Assembly: GCF_036588685.1 (NCBI RefSeq)
Contig: NC_086376.1
Location: 87,957,630 to 88,021,629, forward strand
Length of the DNA stretch: 64,000 nt
Reading direction: 5' to 3'
Origin: Mytilus trossulus
Lineage: Eukaryota
Every line of letters begins with the position of its first letter. The stretch's first letter is position 1. The notes under the pieces were generated by a model, which worked only from the letters and a program-made list of their open reading frames with translations, did no database searches and was not told the DNA's origin. This document shows positions 12,535 to 25,823 of this stretch, piece after piece. The position numbers and the translations under genes are program-made.

Positions 12535-12839
12535 GTGAACTTGTTATCACTACCACCTGCAACGAACAAGGGAGCTCTTCTTCAATTTCATGTTCCATTC
12601 CTATTTATACGAACCTTGCATCATGGAGTAGAAATGGAAAAAGTATGACAACTTGTACTGTTAGCAAAAATAGCATGTTCTGTACAGTAGAGTCAACCCC
12701 GACATATAATGTTACCGCAAACCATTTAGGAATACGTGTATTCATCGAGTCATTACCTTTAACAGAAATGGGACAAACTGGACGTGCTCGCATGGAGAGG
12801 ATATACCCATATTTATTTCTATATCCATTTTAGAAAAAG
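12535..12839 (+). pseudogene. Ig gene 2, Ig-domain exon with a 1-nt deletion (pseudogene allele or sequencing error)
   Basis: tttcag| acceptor and G|gtaagg donor. Length 305 nt where 306 is expected for phase 1-1. Adding one A at acagaaatggg (~12765) restores ENGTNWTCSHG, the second Ig cysteine. Confidence 0.75.
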
Positions 12840-15800
12840 GTAAGGTACAAATAAAGTTTAATAACGTCGTCTTGTTTTGCCACGGATAAGATTAACTTCA
12901 ATGACACATGCTTAAAATATATGGTGTTATGTAATGAAGATTTGGATTTATATTTACAAAAATAATATTTCGATCGTATATGTTTTAGTATAGTGATTTG
13001 AGTAACGTTTCACACAAACAGAATTGAGAAAAACTATATTGTTTGTAACGCATACATGTTGTATTGAAAGATTTATAATAACCTTTTGTAATTCAACATA
13101 CTCGAGATGGTTCGCAAATGTTTGAGGACAAAGAGTCCTTAAATTTAAAATATAGTGTTAACATTTTTGCATATACCTACTGATCGCGTGAAAATCTTGA
13201 AATACGCTAAGGAAACTACTTCTTCCGATTGCAGGGGCAGGTGAAATTAAAAATCGAAAATAATCGTCAAATTCCGAATTTTGTCAGAAATGAACGTATT
13301 TAGACTGCTTTGTCAAGACAATATTTTCTCCAACCTTAACAATTCGATAGTTGATGTGTTCATTAGAATGCAGTCTATATGCAGACTCCAGTTTTATCTA
13401 ATACCTCTTAATCTTCATAAATACATTTCCTTATTTGTATTAGCAAACCCTTCAGAAATGTATAGTCCTCAATACTCTTCAATTTCGTAACTTATTTGGC
13501 TTTTAAAACTTGTTTAATTCGAGTGCCTTGGTGAGTCTTTTGTAGACGAAACACGAGACAAAATTTCAATCCTGCTATCTATGATTTATTTCCATGTTAA
13601 ATAATAGGACGAAAAGCGTCAAAATTAAAACCCCACTTATCTGACAGTTCCGTTTTATAAACAAATTTGGGTGAGCAACTCAAAAAAACACGGTTAGATA
13701 AAGTGAAATAATTCAGATTCAGCAGCAACACAGACATACAAAATGTCAAACACAACTGAATTCAAGGTAAATCAAACAGTCATAAAAAAGTAACAAAAAC
13801 ACACTGTTTTGTGTATTTTTTTCTACATACAGTCAAGATAGATATAATGCCTTATGCAGATTAAGTACAAATTAAGTAATTTTATATACAAAAAAAAAGA
13901 AAACATATAACACTGCGTGCGTCTGATTCGCACCTCTAAACTCCTGTGTCAGGAACACAAAAAGCCAAATAAAACCTAAAGCTTGGGTGCACAAATACTG
14001 ACCCTCAACCAGAGTCATACAATGAAAAGAAACGTATTAGTATAATGCAATGAAAATCGTATATCAATAGTACGCAATGTCAGCATATGTTATCTATAAC
14101 TCTGGATCATCCTGTATTTTGTAATATAGAACAAAATGAATGATTATCCATAACGTCTAAGTAGTGTCCGATGAATGTTTTGAGAAAAAGAACGAACTGT
14201 TTTTTGAAAAAATATTTACTCAAATTTTTTTTTCCGACAAGGATTGTTTTGTACAAAGTTTGATAAGCATCTGCTCTTGATTATTATATGAATCGATAAA
14301 TGTAAACCCAAGACGCGGTTACGTTTGAATATTTCTGCGAAGGTCACCAAAATTTATAATTTAAAAATCAAAATGGTTTCGTATGACATAGACTCAGACT
14401 CTGGTACTGATACAAATCATTTGTTACCAAACATGTTTGCAGTGCTCTCAAGTAAGCTTATCGAAACATGCTGATTACAAAGCATACCTTCCTACACTTA
14501 ATATCATTGTGTTCTGTGGGTCATAGAAAATTTTATAGTTTTAAACTTTACTAGAATACTCGATATTGTGCTATGCTTTAATCAAACAAAAGAGAGAAAA
14601 AAAAACAAAATATACAGTTATTGATTTAAATTTCAAATTGTGTTGAAATGTATTCTGCATGTACCATGCAGGGAGTGAACACAAGTTATCAATATGCCCA
14701 TAAATAAAACAAATTTCAAATAAATGTATCAAAAATGTTAATCGTCAGTACTTGTTTGCATTCTTTGATAAAGTTTTGCTCATTCTTATCTCGTCTGTTA
14801 AACCTATATTTGTCATAACTGTCCCTTTGGTATCTTTCGTCCCTCTTTTATCATAAGGAGGACAATGCTATTTCTTAACTTATTTGTAGGTAATTGACGC
14901 TAGCTTGTCTTGCCTTTGTAGGAATGGGAGTGTTGGTTAAAACATTTAACCTGTTATGTATGGCTGTTCATTTCCAAGTTTAACAAAAAGATTTAACAAC
15001 TAACCGATCGTTTTAACGTGCTTTTGTATGTTTCTTGTTCTTTAAACCTTGTAATACTAATTAACAAATTGTTGGTAATCACAAAATTTATTACAGCCTG
15101 TCAAGCTTGGAGACATTTAGATTTTGACATAAGCAATTCACTCTATTACCGACGAATGTTTTGCCTAGGTTGATTTGTTTTTTTGTTTCTGATATAATTT
15201 AGGATTCCTTACAATGACATCCAGTTAAAAAAAACGAATAATTGGATTTAAACTTCTTGGTGATTCTTTTGTAGACGAAACGCGCTCATGTCCAATATAT
15301 TATAAACCTGGTATCTCTGATGATTATTTTTATGTTAATTCTTTCCATAAAACTTACTAATACCTTTCTATAAATCACCATATGGTAGATGTATGCAATA
15401 TTCGAAATATGTACGTTGTTATTTTCATGAGTTATTATTCACGTTCTTATTCATCCCGTCATTGTATAATTGTGCTATGGTACATTTTTTTTTATTGTAT
15501 TTTACTTTTACTGACGTGCTTTGTCTATATGCCGTTCTGTTGTCTTTGTTGACATATTTGCTTGTTTTATAAAAATTTAGATTATAACACAAGTTTGACT
15601 GCCGAACCCCTATTTTTGATATTTACCTATAATGCCTATTTGTTTTGTTCACATATCAGCGTCAATATAAAGGAATGTTAGCGACTGTCATTTATGAGAG
15701 AGGTTTATAGAGTTACACAACTAGGTTAAATTCATAATTTTATATATATGAAAATGTGTGTACCAAGAATGAAATTTATGAGTTGATATCTATTCGATTG

Positions 15801-16166
15801 ATGCGTTTAAACTTTTGATTCTGCTATTTGCTTTTGTATATTTAGAGAATTTCCGTTTAGTAATTGCTGGTTTTCGGCTGTTATCTGCCTTTTGTGTAGG
15901 TTGTTGTCTCTTTGACATATTTCCAAATACAACTCTATCATTAATAATCAAACATGTTAGAGTTTTCAAAGTTGCCATACTTAAATTAAAACTATCATAA
16001 CAATTTACATAATATACAAATGAGATATCACGATAAAAAGATTAAAAATATTTATTAAAAAATTTCTGAAATTATTTTACATATTCAGTGGAATCTAAAC
16101 TAATATAATTCGTCATAACTAAGATACCTTATCTTATAAACCGTTAAAGCATCTTTCTGTTTACAG

Positions 16167-16184
16167 GAGTGACCGTCAAATCAG
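16167..16184 (+). CDS. Ig gene 2, 18-nt stalk microexon (GVTVKS)
   Basis: ctttctgtttacag|GAGTGACCGTCAAATCAG|gtatgt; strong sites, phase 1-1. Confidence 0.6.
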
Positions 16185-17274
16185 GTATGTATTATTTGTA
16201 ATGTCTACAGTCATTCTTCTAACTTTGGTAAAATTATGTTTATCGGACATTTACTGCAGTATACAATTGCTTCAGATATTTATTCATTTTATGAGATAAT
16301 TCAAACTGGAAGATTGTTTGCTTATTTTTATTTAAAAGTAAATACCAAGATTTAATGAAGTTCGTTACTCGGTTTTAGAATAACAAGCTTTTCATTTCAC
16401 TAGTACATATTTATTAGGGTTAATAAAGGCACCAAAAATGCCATAAAAAATATAACAAAGATTTTATGAGACTTATAAAGATGGCGCTTATAATTATACA
16501 TATACTAGATTTATAAAAAGAAAAATGGGGATCAAGGGCAACACTTTATTAGCCATTTAAAGGATAAAACTAGAGGATTCCGAAAATCTGACAAGAATTT
16601 CATTACATGAAAACGAACTTCCTTAAAAATATTTTTGTCACTCTATGATTCAGTTTATACAGGTTACGGTTTAAACTACTCCAAGGGAGTTATGAGGAAG
16701 AACGACTGAACTCAACACAATATACGTCTTACGGCTACAATTATTTATATGTTTACCGTTGATATTTCTCATAAGCGACATGAGTTTGCAGTCTTACATA
16801 GTCGTGCGATCTTTAATTACATAAATTGTGTCCTATTCTTGATTGTAACATTTTGAATGAGTATAAAATCGCATGGCACGTAATGCATGGATAAAGCAGA
16901 AAAGTCTTGTTTCCTTAGTATTTTGATCGTACCTTCAATTGTCTTTTCTAAAGCATACGTTTACTGAAATTTCAGCATCGGCAAAGTACTGCCTCATTAA
17001 TTGGTAACTACTCGACTTTTAGCCACTTGATTTAAACATAAAAGAAGAGAAATTTTATTGATTGTACTTATACATATACACACCTTAGTTCGTCATATCG
17101 AAAAGTACCGACATCATTTTATTATTACTTTATTATTAGCACAAATTCAACCCATAACAATTACATGTTATAACAATAATATAATGATGACGGTTACATT
17201 TACATAAAAAAACACACACAAAAAAACAATACAAAAAAACTAAACAAATTATTCCTTTTATGTTTATATTGCAG

Positions 17275-17378
17275 GCACATCTAAAGATCATTTAACTGGA
17301 ATGATGATAGGTGTTTTGGCACCAATTATCTTTGTGATAGTTCTAGTAATATGCCTTGTCAAGGACCAATGCAAATAA
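17275..17378 (+). CDS. Ig gene 2, transmembrane exon with stop
   Basis: tttatattgcag| acceptor, phase 1: TSKDHLTGMMIGVLAPIIFVIVLVICLVKDQCK*. Confidence 0.7.
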
Positions 17379-17599
17379 ACCTTCAATTTCCGCTTACATT
17401 TACCTCATAAGGATCCCTTATTATTCATTCAATTCATCTTGCATATATTAAATGGTTTGGGGCAGCATAGCTTGTCTAGAGCTTATCCATCACAAGGCAT
17501 ACGAACATTCTCATATGATATGGGGATTACCCCTGGGGATTTTATTTTTTTTAAATATTTATTTTTTCTTTTCGTGTCAAACCAGAAAATATATTGCCT

Positions 17600-18040
17600 A
17601 GGGTGGGGGGTCATAACAACTTACAAGATATGGGAACATACTTAAATGAGACGGGCATGGGTATGACGACTAGGGACTAACCCTGTATAGTATTCAAATC
17701 ATATCTTTATAAAATGACAAATCAGAATGTAGAAAGTTTAGGGTAACAATCTCGCCATTTACAATATTAAATCATTGAGCTGGGGAGAAATCCTTGTGGA
17801 CTGACCCTATATATCATTCAAATCTTCGTGACATAACGAACAAAAAATAGACTTGGGTATTTCAACCATTTACAAGATATTTAAAGATACTCAAATGTGA
17901 CAACGTTTTGGTGACCCCTGTGTTCATTGAAAGCATTTTGGCATATATATGATTTGTGGGTGTGGATTTTGACAACGTACACGGTATTAAAACTTTCTCA
18001 AATGACAGAAGGTATGGTGACTCTTGAAGACTAACACATT
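17600..18040. repeat. Degenerate tandem repeat, ~115-130 bp unit, about 4 copies
   Basis: Recurrent ttacaagata/ttacaatatt, ctcaaatg and gact.accct.tat...attcaaatc motifs near 17620, 17757, 17868 and 17975. Confidence 0.5.
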
Positions 18041-18529
18041 ATTTCATTTGACTTCTGAGGACTCACACGTGTAGAAAATTTTCATTATAAAGACTTTGAA
18101 TAGCTGTTTTCATGTTATAATTATTTGAAAATGAAAATGAAAGTCATGTAGGGCTCTATAGTAAACCCTTTCGTTGATGTCTTCCCCTCAAAGTACCCCT
18201 TTTTAAACCCCATTTCACAAACAAAACTTGGATTACACCACCATGCATGTAACTATAACATATGAAGTATCATCAGTTATTCTAACTATCAGGTGTTTAG
18301 AAGGGATGCGGATATAGATCATATTTGAAAGCGGTGAAAAGGGCACAGGAATGATATAGGAATAATACAGAGCAATACCGATAAGTCTCCCAAACTCTCC
18401 AACTTTGTTTGGTAGACGTTATATAAAAAGTGGATTGATTCCCAATGAGACAAAAAAGGGCGAAAGATACCAAAAGGACATTCAACTGTCCACCTGAGTT
18501 CAATTAATGTCAGCAATTATAAACAAAAG

Positions 18530-19040
18530 GCCTCAAACAATGAAAGAAACCCTATACCGTATGATCGACTTTAAAAAGCCCTAACATAAATATAGACGGC
18601 CTGGTGTATAACAAAACATTTTACGAAAAACAAATATGCCAAACATGAACCAAAGACATCTACTGAACTATAGGCACACGACTTCGGACGGACACATAAA
18701 GAATGTGATGGTTGTATAGATATTGGAGGATGTGGTGTGAATGCCAATGAGACAACTCTCCATCCAAATAACAATTTAAAAATAAGTAAACCATTATAGG
18801 TCAATGTACGGCCTTCAACACGGAGCCTTGGATCACATCGAACAACAAGCTATAAAGGGCCCCAAAATTACACAAGTGTAAAACCATTCAGACGGGAAAA
18901 CCAACGTTCAAATCTATAGAATAAAACGAGAAACGAGAAACACGTATAAATTACATAAACAAACGACAACTACTGTACATCAGATTCCTGACTTAGGGCA
19001 GGTGCAAACATTTGCAGCGGGATTAAACGTTTTAACGGAT
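18530..19040 (-). mobile_element. SINE-like dispersed repeats (composite)
   Basis: gatgtggtgtgaatgccaatgagacaactctccatcca... is the reverse complement of 27402-27585; relatives at 51340-51590, 61850-62130 and 63255-63380. Confidence 0.65.
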
Positions 19041-19671
19041 CCAAACCTTCTCCCTTTTTCTGAAACAATAGCATAGCATCACAACATAGAAAAACACACG
19101 ATAAAATATCAATTGGCAGAATTAACTCAATCAAAAAATGTAAATTAATACACAATGAACGAAGAAATTTGATCTGCGATATATGTTTGTGAGCGCCCAA
19201 GCATCTTCTTACCTGAAACAGTACAACACAAGAACAAACTAAATTTTTAAAATCAGTTGAAACATGCTTAACTCATCAGATGGATAAAAATAGAAATACA
19301 TCTAACAAACAAAAACCAGAATGAACATGGACGAGTACTTATACATCCCCGAACAAAAAGGTAATAAATACAGATATGAGAGCTGACGCAGTTACTGACA
19401 GCTACTTATCTTTTAACCGTCTATTTTAGTCAAATTATATGCACTTCACATTCAATTATGTCACCTCAGATACGAACACTATAATGGACTGAGGTGGACA
19501 AAGTATGAAAAACAGTAAACAGTTTACATGAACTTGAGAGATACATATGACTTAATTTTGAATACTTCTCTTCTTTGCATATAGGTTATCTGGCTTTCAA
19601 TGAAGACAGCCATTTCAAAAAAGATGATAAATGCCACTCAAATAAATATGCCCATGTTTTCAAGTTTTTGA

Positions 19672-19895
19672 TACAAAACTTTGAATTTATCGAAAAACTA
19701 AGGATTTTCTTATCCCATGAATAGAATAGATTACCTTAGCCGTATTTTTTGGAATTTTGGATCCTCAATGCTCGTCAACTTTGTTATTGTGTGGCTTTAT
19801 AACTATTTTGATATGAGCGTCACTGATGAGTCTTATGTAGACGAAACGCGCGTCTGGTGTACTTAATTATAATCCTGATACCTTTGATAACTATT
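19672..19895 (+). mobile_element. Retrozyme-like repeat, family A, 5'-truncated
   Basis: Aligns to 11560-11785. Confidence 0.8.
19817..19860 (+). ncRNA. Type I minimal hammerhead ribozyme, intact core, predicted cleavage after GUC (C19854)
   Basis: gcgtca-CTGATGA-gtc(ttatgta)gac-GAAA-c(gcgc)g-TC-tggtgt; helix I has three G-U pairs. Confidence 0.85.
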
Positions 19896-21137
19896 TTGTC
19901 TTCAGTCAGTTCAAATACACATCAACGTGTTCTCCTATATGAAGTTAAATCATGAAAATTATCGAAATGTATCGAAATACTTTTATATCCTGCACGAAAA
20001 ATACACGGTTGATGTGTTTCAGCGTTTGATGTTGCCATTGGATTAAGGACTCGGAGTTAATTATGTTGTGATTTAAATTTTTAATGTTGTTATGTTAGAA
20101 CACTTTCAATATTTTCAGTTTGACAATCGGAAACGTAACCATAGTATTATTTATCTATGAATTAACCCATATATTCATAAAAAAGGCAGATTCAAAATAA
20201 AACAACAGATCCTAAACTTCGATAATATTCATGATGGGTATGCAAATAGGAAAACACCTTGGAGTTTCAAATATTTAGGTCAAATATGTTTATCTCATCT
20301 TTGTCTGGACTTTTCTTGGTAAAATAAAATAAATTAAAACATGATGATGTCATGTTTCCTTGTGAGATAATATTCTAATTTTAAGCATTGTCCTCTTACA
20401 GAAGATGTTTGAAAATATCAACCAAAAAGGTTTTCAATGACATGTTATTTTAGATCCTGCACGAAAAAATACTAGCTTATCTCCTTATTCTGTAAACCTA
20501 CAGGTAAGGGAGGCAATTCAATAAAAAGGCTATTCACGTGATGGAACTTAAAAACAACATGATATCCAATGAAAAATAGAATAGTGCGTTAAACGATTAC
20601 CAAGTGGTTAACGCATTCAATTGCCAATGTTCACTAATAACTTACTAATAAGCCAAAGCAGGCATGAACACTGGAGATATACGGAAATTGTCAAAATTAA
20701 AAAAGTGCGCTTGTTGATGATATTTCTGTCATTTAGATTGATTAAGATGTGTGCTGGCAAATCAAACGTAGTATATCTGATCTGGGGACACATTTTAAAA
20801 AATTCCTTCAGATAAAGAGCTTATTATAACATGTTTCTTTTGTCTCTAGTTGGTGACTTCCATATTGTGAGGGAAAGGCTTCTGAGTAACCGAAAACAAA
20901 GAAAGGGTAAGAGAAACACCCACTATTTTGAAAAGCCACATCGAGTATGCATTATTGTCATAATTTTATTAATCTAAGCTGTATATTTTAAAGTTTTATT
21001 TATAAATACATGTTATAATCCCCTGACTATTGTCTGTCGAATTCAAATATGAAAAGACCGTTAGCTTTGGTATAAAAAACATATACAATTTTTTTTTCGA
21101 CATTAATCTCTAAAACAAAACAGAGGTAAATTCCGTC

Positions 21138-21236
21138 TTAGCATTGGTTCAAAGCAGGGTTGTTGGTCAAATAGATGTGCATCGTAGATAATGTTACAGC
21201 GGTTAACAAACAGTCTGGTACTGGATCGATGAAAGC
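21138..21236 (-). CDS. Uncharacterised invertebrate protein, last exon (AFIDPVPDCLLTAVTLSTMHIYLTNNPALNQC*)
   Basis: tattacag| acceptor, phase 0, TAA stop. Confidence 0.85.
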   Translation of the reverse strand, partial: AFIDPVPDCLLTAVTLSTMHIYLTNNPALNQC

Positions 21237-21629
21237 CTGTAATATAATAAGATGCTTTATGTCAATTGTTTGGCTTTTTAAAATTTTGAGAAGAGAACAA
21301 AAATGGCATAAAATATTTAAGTATACAGAATAGTTTCAGTTTCGTTTTAAAAATGCTAAATTAATACACTCATGATAATGAAAAGAAACAAAAAAGCAAC
21401 AATTTACTTTTTGAGCTTTAAAGTGCACTTTTGACTCGTCAGTAAAGTAAGTTACGCAATTTAAAAGAGGAACCAGTTTTAAAGAACATGAAGAAACTTT
21501 AAATGCTATGTCAAACAGGCAATCCCAGTTTATACTTTAAATACGCGATATCTTGTCATTTCTAAAGCGTTTCATAGGAGTAATTGAAACATGAATTTCA
21601 ATAAAACATTGTACATCAAAAGTACTCAC

Positions 21630-21790
21630 AGATAATGCTGCAATTGGTGGATGTTCTAATCTAGACGAATTGAAGTCTCCGTTGAAAGCCCAACCAAAAG
21701 CATTTAGTTTGCCGTCATTATACAACAAGAACATTGGATAAAATTCATCACAACTCATATCTTTTCTTATGTTGTACCAGTAATGGAGCC
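21630..21790 (-). CDS. Uncharacterised protein exon (GLHYWYNIRKDMSCDEFYPMFLLYNDGKLNAFGW...)
   Basis: ttcgtag| and |gtgagt; 161 nt, phase 1-0. Confidence 0.9.
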
Positions 21791-22275
21791 CTACGAAACA
21801 AGCAAAAATATTTAATAATATGCTAAGGGAACGACCATTTATCTTCAAGGGGAATTATGGTTTTTTCCTTAAAAGATGTTCTGATCCCCAATTTGAAGAG
21901 AAAAAATATTTTGTTACAGCTAGAGTTAAATTTTGAGAAACAAAATATTTTGATTAATATAGCTTTGAAAAAATTCATGATAGTTTTCGCACGAATGTTA
22001 GTGGTTTCTTCGGGCATTCCGGCTCCCTCCAACAATAACAACTGATCACAATAGTCTTGAAAGTGGCGTTAAAACACCAATCCATCAATTTATATTATTT
22101 TCATTTCGAAATCGCACAGTTGCGATGCGCAATGAGACTCATTGGACACTTATCTTTTCATTTTAGTCATACAGAGTAATGTATTCAACCTAAAGTAAAT
22201 ATGTTTTATAATTCCGACACCAGATCACACAAGAAAGTGTGCTTTTCTCTTTTGATTCATATAGAAATATCGTAC

Positions 22276-22449
22276 CCATTGTTGGAAAACATTTTCCTTT
22301 TGTCCATTGAGTAGATGTTATTTCACTCTGGAGACGTGGTATTTTGATGGAGTCATCAACCGGATCTGTTCCGTTCTGAATGTATAGATCCGTTCCTACA
22401 CCCTGTTGCTGGAAAAGGGTTGCCGATCTCCCACAGAAACAAATAATTG
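22276..22449 (-). CDS. Uncharacterised protein exon (IICFCGRS...QWTKGKCFPTM)
   Basis: tttttag| and G|gtacg; 174 nt, phase 1-1, open frame. Confidence 0.9.
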
Positions 22450-23251
22450 CTAAAAATATAATAAATATGTGATAGCATGATAAATAAACAATAATGAAAA
22501 TATGCGTAATGTATTTTTAAACAAGCTAGCGACAATTCAACTTTACCACGAAAGATATGTCCACCTAGATAACCGCGCTGAATTTAGATATTGCTAGGCT
22601 GACAACCAAAAAAAATATCTCCAGAGATGAATCAAATAACTGAGAAATAATTGTCATTCATTTAAGTTTTATACAGAATAGTATTAGGATACATCGAATT
22701 ACAAACTATATTGAAAATGTCGCAAATAAAAGCTTTTCTTATCAAAAACAACTCATTATTCTTACTTTAATGCATAGTTATATGAAATTACGCTGTCAAA
22801 TTAGTCTCTATGAATTGCAATACGTTTAAAAAATACATGAAATGCTCTAAAAGATAGTTTTGTTATTGGTTACATCGGTAACATATATGCAACTAACAAA
22901 CGAATACAATCCCTTGCAATTATTATATTGTAGATTTATTTCATTTGACAACTACTGAATTGTTATCCTTAGCTTCTTTGTTTTTGTATTTTTCACCCTT
23001 GCAATTTTTGTTTACTAGTGATTTAAATGTAGGTGCTGCAATCATTGGTAAACGCTTAATAATAATCTACATTAAATACATCATAATTTATTCCTAGTTC
23101 CCTTCACCTTATAGATAAACGACAGCCGATAGTGGTTTTTTTCATGCTTTGATAAGATACTTTTAACCAAATAAAGAATTGAAAGTATTTTAAAAGATCA
23201 GAACTTAGAAAGCATTTTCCAATGAAGTAATTTTCAACAATATTGACTCTG

Positions 23252-24311
23252 AAGCCCTGGTCACAACGAACCTACTACACATCTAAATAGCGCCACGACA
23301 TAAAATTTGGTAAAATCGCGGGTCATCTGTGGTCGTCGTACGAAAATCGCACGATACTTTGAGCATCGTAGCGTTGTCGTGTGCCTCGGGATGAAAATTG
23401 GACATGCACCTTTTTTTTTTGCTCTACGATTTTTTTCTCGAGTAACTGTCTTGTGGCTGTCGTGAAAGTGTAATAAAATCTTCGTGCGACTGCGATAAGC
23501 ACATAGTCGTGGGTATCAGCATAATGCATTTTAATCAAGACACTCTTGATGGAGTCGCACGATTGTCTCACGAATACCAAATTTCGTATGATGATTGCTC
23601 AACATTGATTGTCTGTCGTTGGAAAAAAACATACCGTCTATCGTTTATATAGGATGGCTATTTAATTACAACGATGATGCTTGGTCCTGATTAAAAGGCG
23701 CCTTGGCGGACTACAACAAGAGCAAAATGTGGTCATGTTAGCGATGATTCGAGCCCGTGAACAGTATAGGAATCAACGAAAGGCCCGACGTTGGTGAGTT
23801 ATGCCATGGATCATACGGTGCCTGATGGTTGGGCAGTATAAAACACTGATGTGAGATTTGGAGTGGGAATCTGCCGGTGATTTTGTTGAGTTCATGCTGA
23901 TGGAGCCTGGCATGTTTCAAGAGCTTTTCTTGAGAGTCTCAGTGGCACAACAGTCATATGCCAGTGGTACGACAGTCGTATGACAGTGGCACGACAGCGG
24001 CAAGAGAGTGACACGACAGTAACACCTGCATTTCATGATATGAAAAACCAGCAAAATAGCCCCAAACAACTCACGATTGTCGTACGATTTTTGCACGGCT
24101 GTCGCACGCATGACTGTCAGACGACCTACTTGCGACAAATTCACGATAGAAAATTACACGTCTTTTTTCTGGCTTGTACCCATCGTGGACATGTCGTAGC
24201 TGATGTGACCACTCGAAATATGTTTTTGACATTTTGCAAGACAGCGCCACGACAACTATTTTATTCATATTCCACGACAAAAAATCGTACGATCTGTTGT
24301 GAACGTGGCTT
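23252..24311. mobile_element. Degenerate non-autonomous TIR element (PIF/Harbinger-like)
   Basis: Termini aagccctggtcacaacga / tgttgtgaacgtggctt(aa); CpG-rich interior dense in CACGA/ACGAC/TCGT motifs; abrupt composition change from the flanks. Confidence 0.65.
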
Positions 24312-24383
24312 AATATAGTAAAAAGACATGGTTCATGCTATAAATTAAGGTTTTCACTTTTTTATGCACATTAATGTACATAC

Positions 24384-24489
24384 CAGGATCAACAAAATAT
24401 GCAGAAATATGATAGTAATTGCCAGACTTGATAAACGGATGTCCCTTCAGAAAATCAGATGGAAATCCATTTGCAAGATTTGTTGGAAT
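24384..24489 (-). CDS. Uncharacterised protein exon (IPTNLANGFP...YYHISAYFVDP)
   Basis: tttttcag| and G|gtatg; 106 nt, phase 0-1. Confidence 0.9.
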
Positions 24490-25206
24490 CTGAAAAATCA
24501 GGGGGAAAAAGACATAAGCAAAACATGGACAGAACTTGCGTGTGCTCCATGAACAACGAACAAGTCGAAAACAAAAATTAAAGCTTGAATTGCACAAGTT
24601 CATGCTTTTCTGACTCTATGTAGGACGTATTTACACTAAATTAGTTAGGTATGGTGTACTAATTAAAATTATTATCGGAAAAATAACGTTTATCTATTAT
24701 TTGAATTGCTGTCAACTAGATTTTCGTAACTACAAATAATCTTAAATCGATACTTTGTACATTTTGTTTCGTTTTTCACTTCCTGCCGATATGATAAATT
24801 AATAACTTTCCAACTGGTTTTTACATGACTTTTTGTATGGTTTCAACCCGCCACATTCTGTTTCTGTTTGTTCAAAATCGGAAACCTGTAATTCAGTTGT
24901 TGTTGTTGGTTGTTTACTGCTATTTTTGTGCTTCCTATATTCTTGTTAGCGTAAATCAAGCCGTTGGTGTTTATATTTTAAATTGTTTCGCAAAAAGTCA
25001 TGCCGGGGCCCTGTATAGCTTGCCATCCTGTATATAATGTTGGATATTAGTGAAAAATTCTACAGAAAAATGAAAAATGTTATCTAGCCTGATTTTGAAT
25101 ATAAAAACAAAAATAAGAATATGCATACAATGTTTGCGACCAGAACTTTAACAGCAGTCACCTATTATTATTTAAAAGAGAAAAATGGTTAAAGTATCAT
25201 ACTAAC

Positions 25207-25307
25207 TGCAGCAGAAATTCCAGCAATATGTCCTAGCACATCATATATCAAAATGAGATTCATATCGTTGTCTTTAACATACCGGATGCCATGTAATCCA
25301 CTGGAAT
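25207..25307 (-). CDS. Uncharacterised protein exon (SSGLHGIRYVKDNDMNLILIYDVLGHIAGISAA)
   Basis: aaacag| and |gttagt; 101 nt, phase 1-0. Confidence 0.85.
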
Positions 25308-25823
25308 CTGTTTAATTAAAACTTTAATCTTTATTAAAGTAAAATAAGTAAAAACTAAAGGAAATGCAAGTTATTTAAAGAACTTTCTTTAGTAATAATC
25401 ACAATTTGTCTTCAAAGTATAATACATGATTACCATTATTTTTAAATATTTATACTCTTAAAATAATTTAAAAGATAATGTCAATTTTTATTGAAATTAC
25501 AATTTTATTTGGTAATTTTTAAATGATTTTCATAAAGAAATATTAAGTGTAAAACATACTATGTTTATAGACTATTATGAATTCAACCTCAAATGAATTT
25601 GTTTCTCTTTTCTGGGACTGTTAAGATTGATTTTTTTTATGGGACAAAAATATAAACAAGAAATGATGAACCATACAAAAATATTGCAATTTTCCGAGAG
25701 AAAGTGTGCACAAAAAGGTTGACTTTAATTGTTAACTTTTAAAACAATAGAAATGTTTCGTTTTACGGAACTTCCATGCAATAAATAATTAACTTTCTAT
25801 ATCGTCAACTATGTTTCAATATA

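Noticed and set aside
13716-13766. Possible extra Ser/Thr-rich stalk exon of Ig gene 2 (AAG|gtaaat donor)
   Set aside because: The available acceptors give 50, 44 or 41 nt, none phase 1-1, and the polypyrimidine tract is poor.
13522-15300. Hammerhead-like motifs at 13522 and 15255 (also 49099) as active ribozymes
   Set aside because: Core CTGATGA, helix III or the cleavage site is mutated; kept only as decayed copies.
23323-24318. Cluster of overlapping 60-112 aa ORFs
   Set aside because: They lie within a GC-richer TIR element and show no protein motifs.
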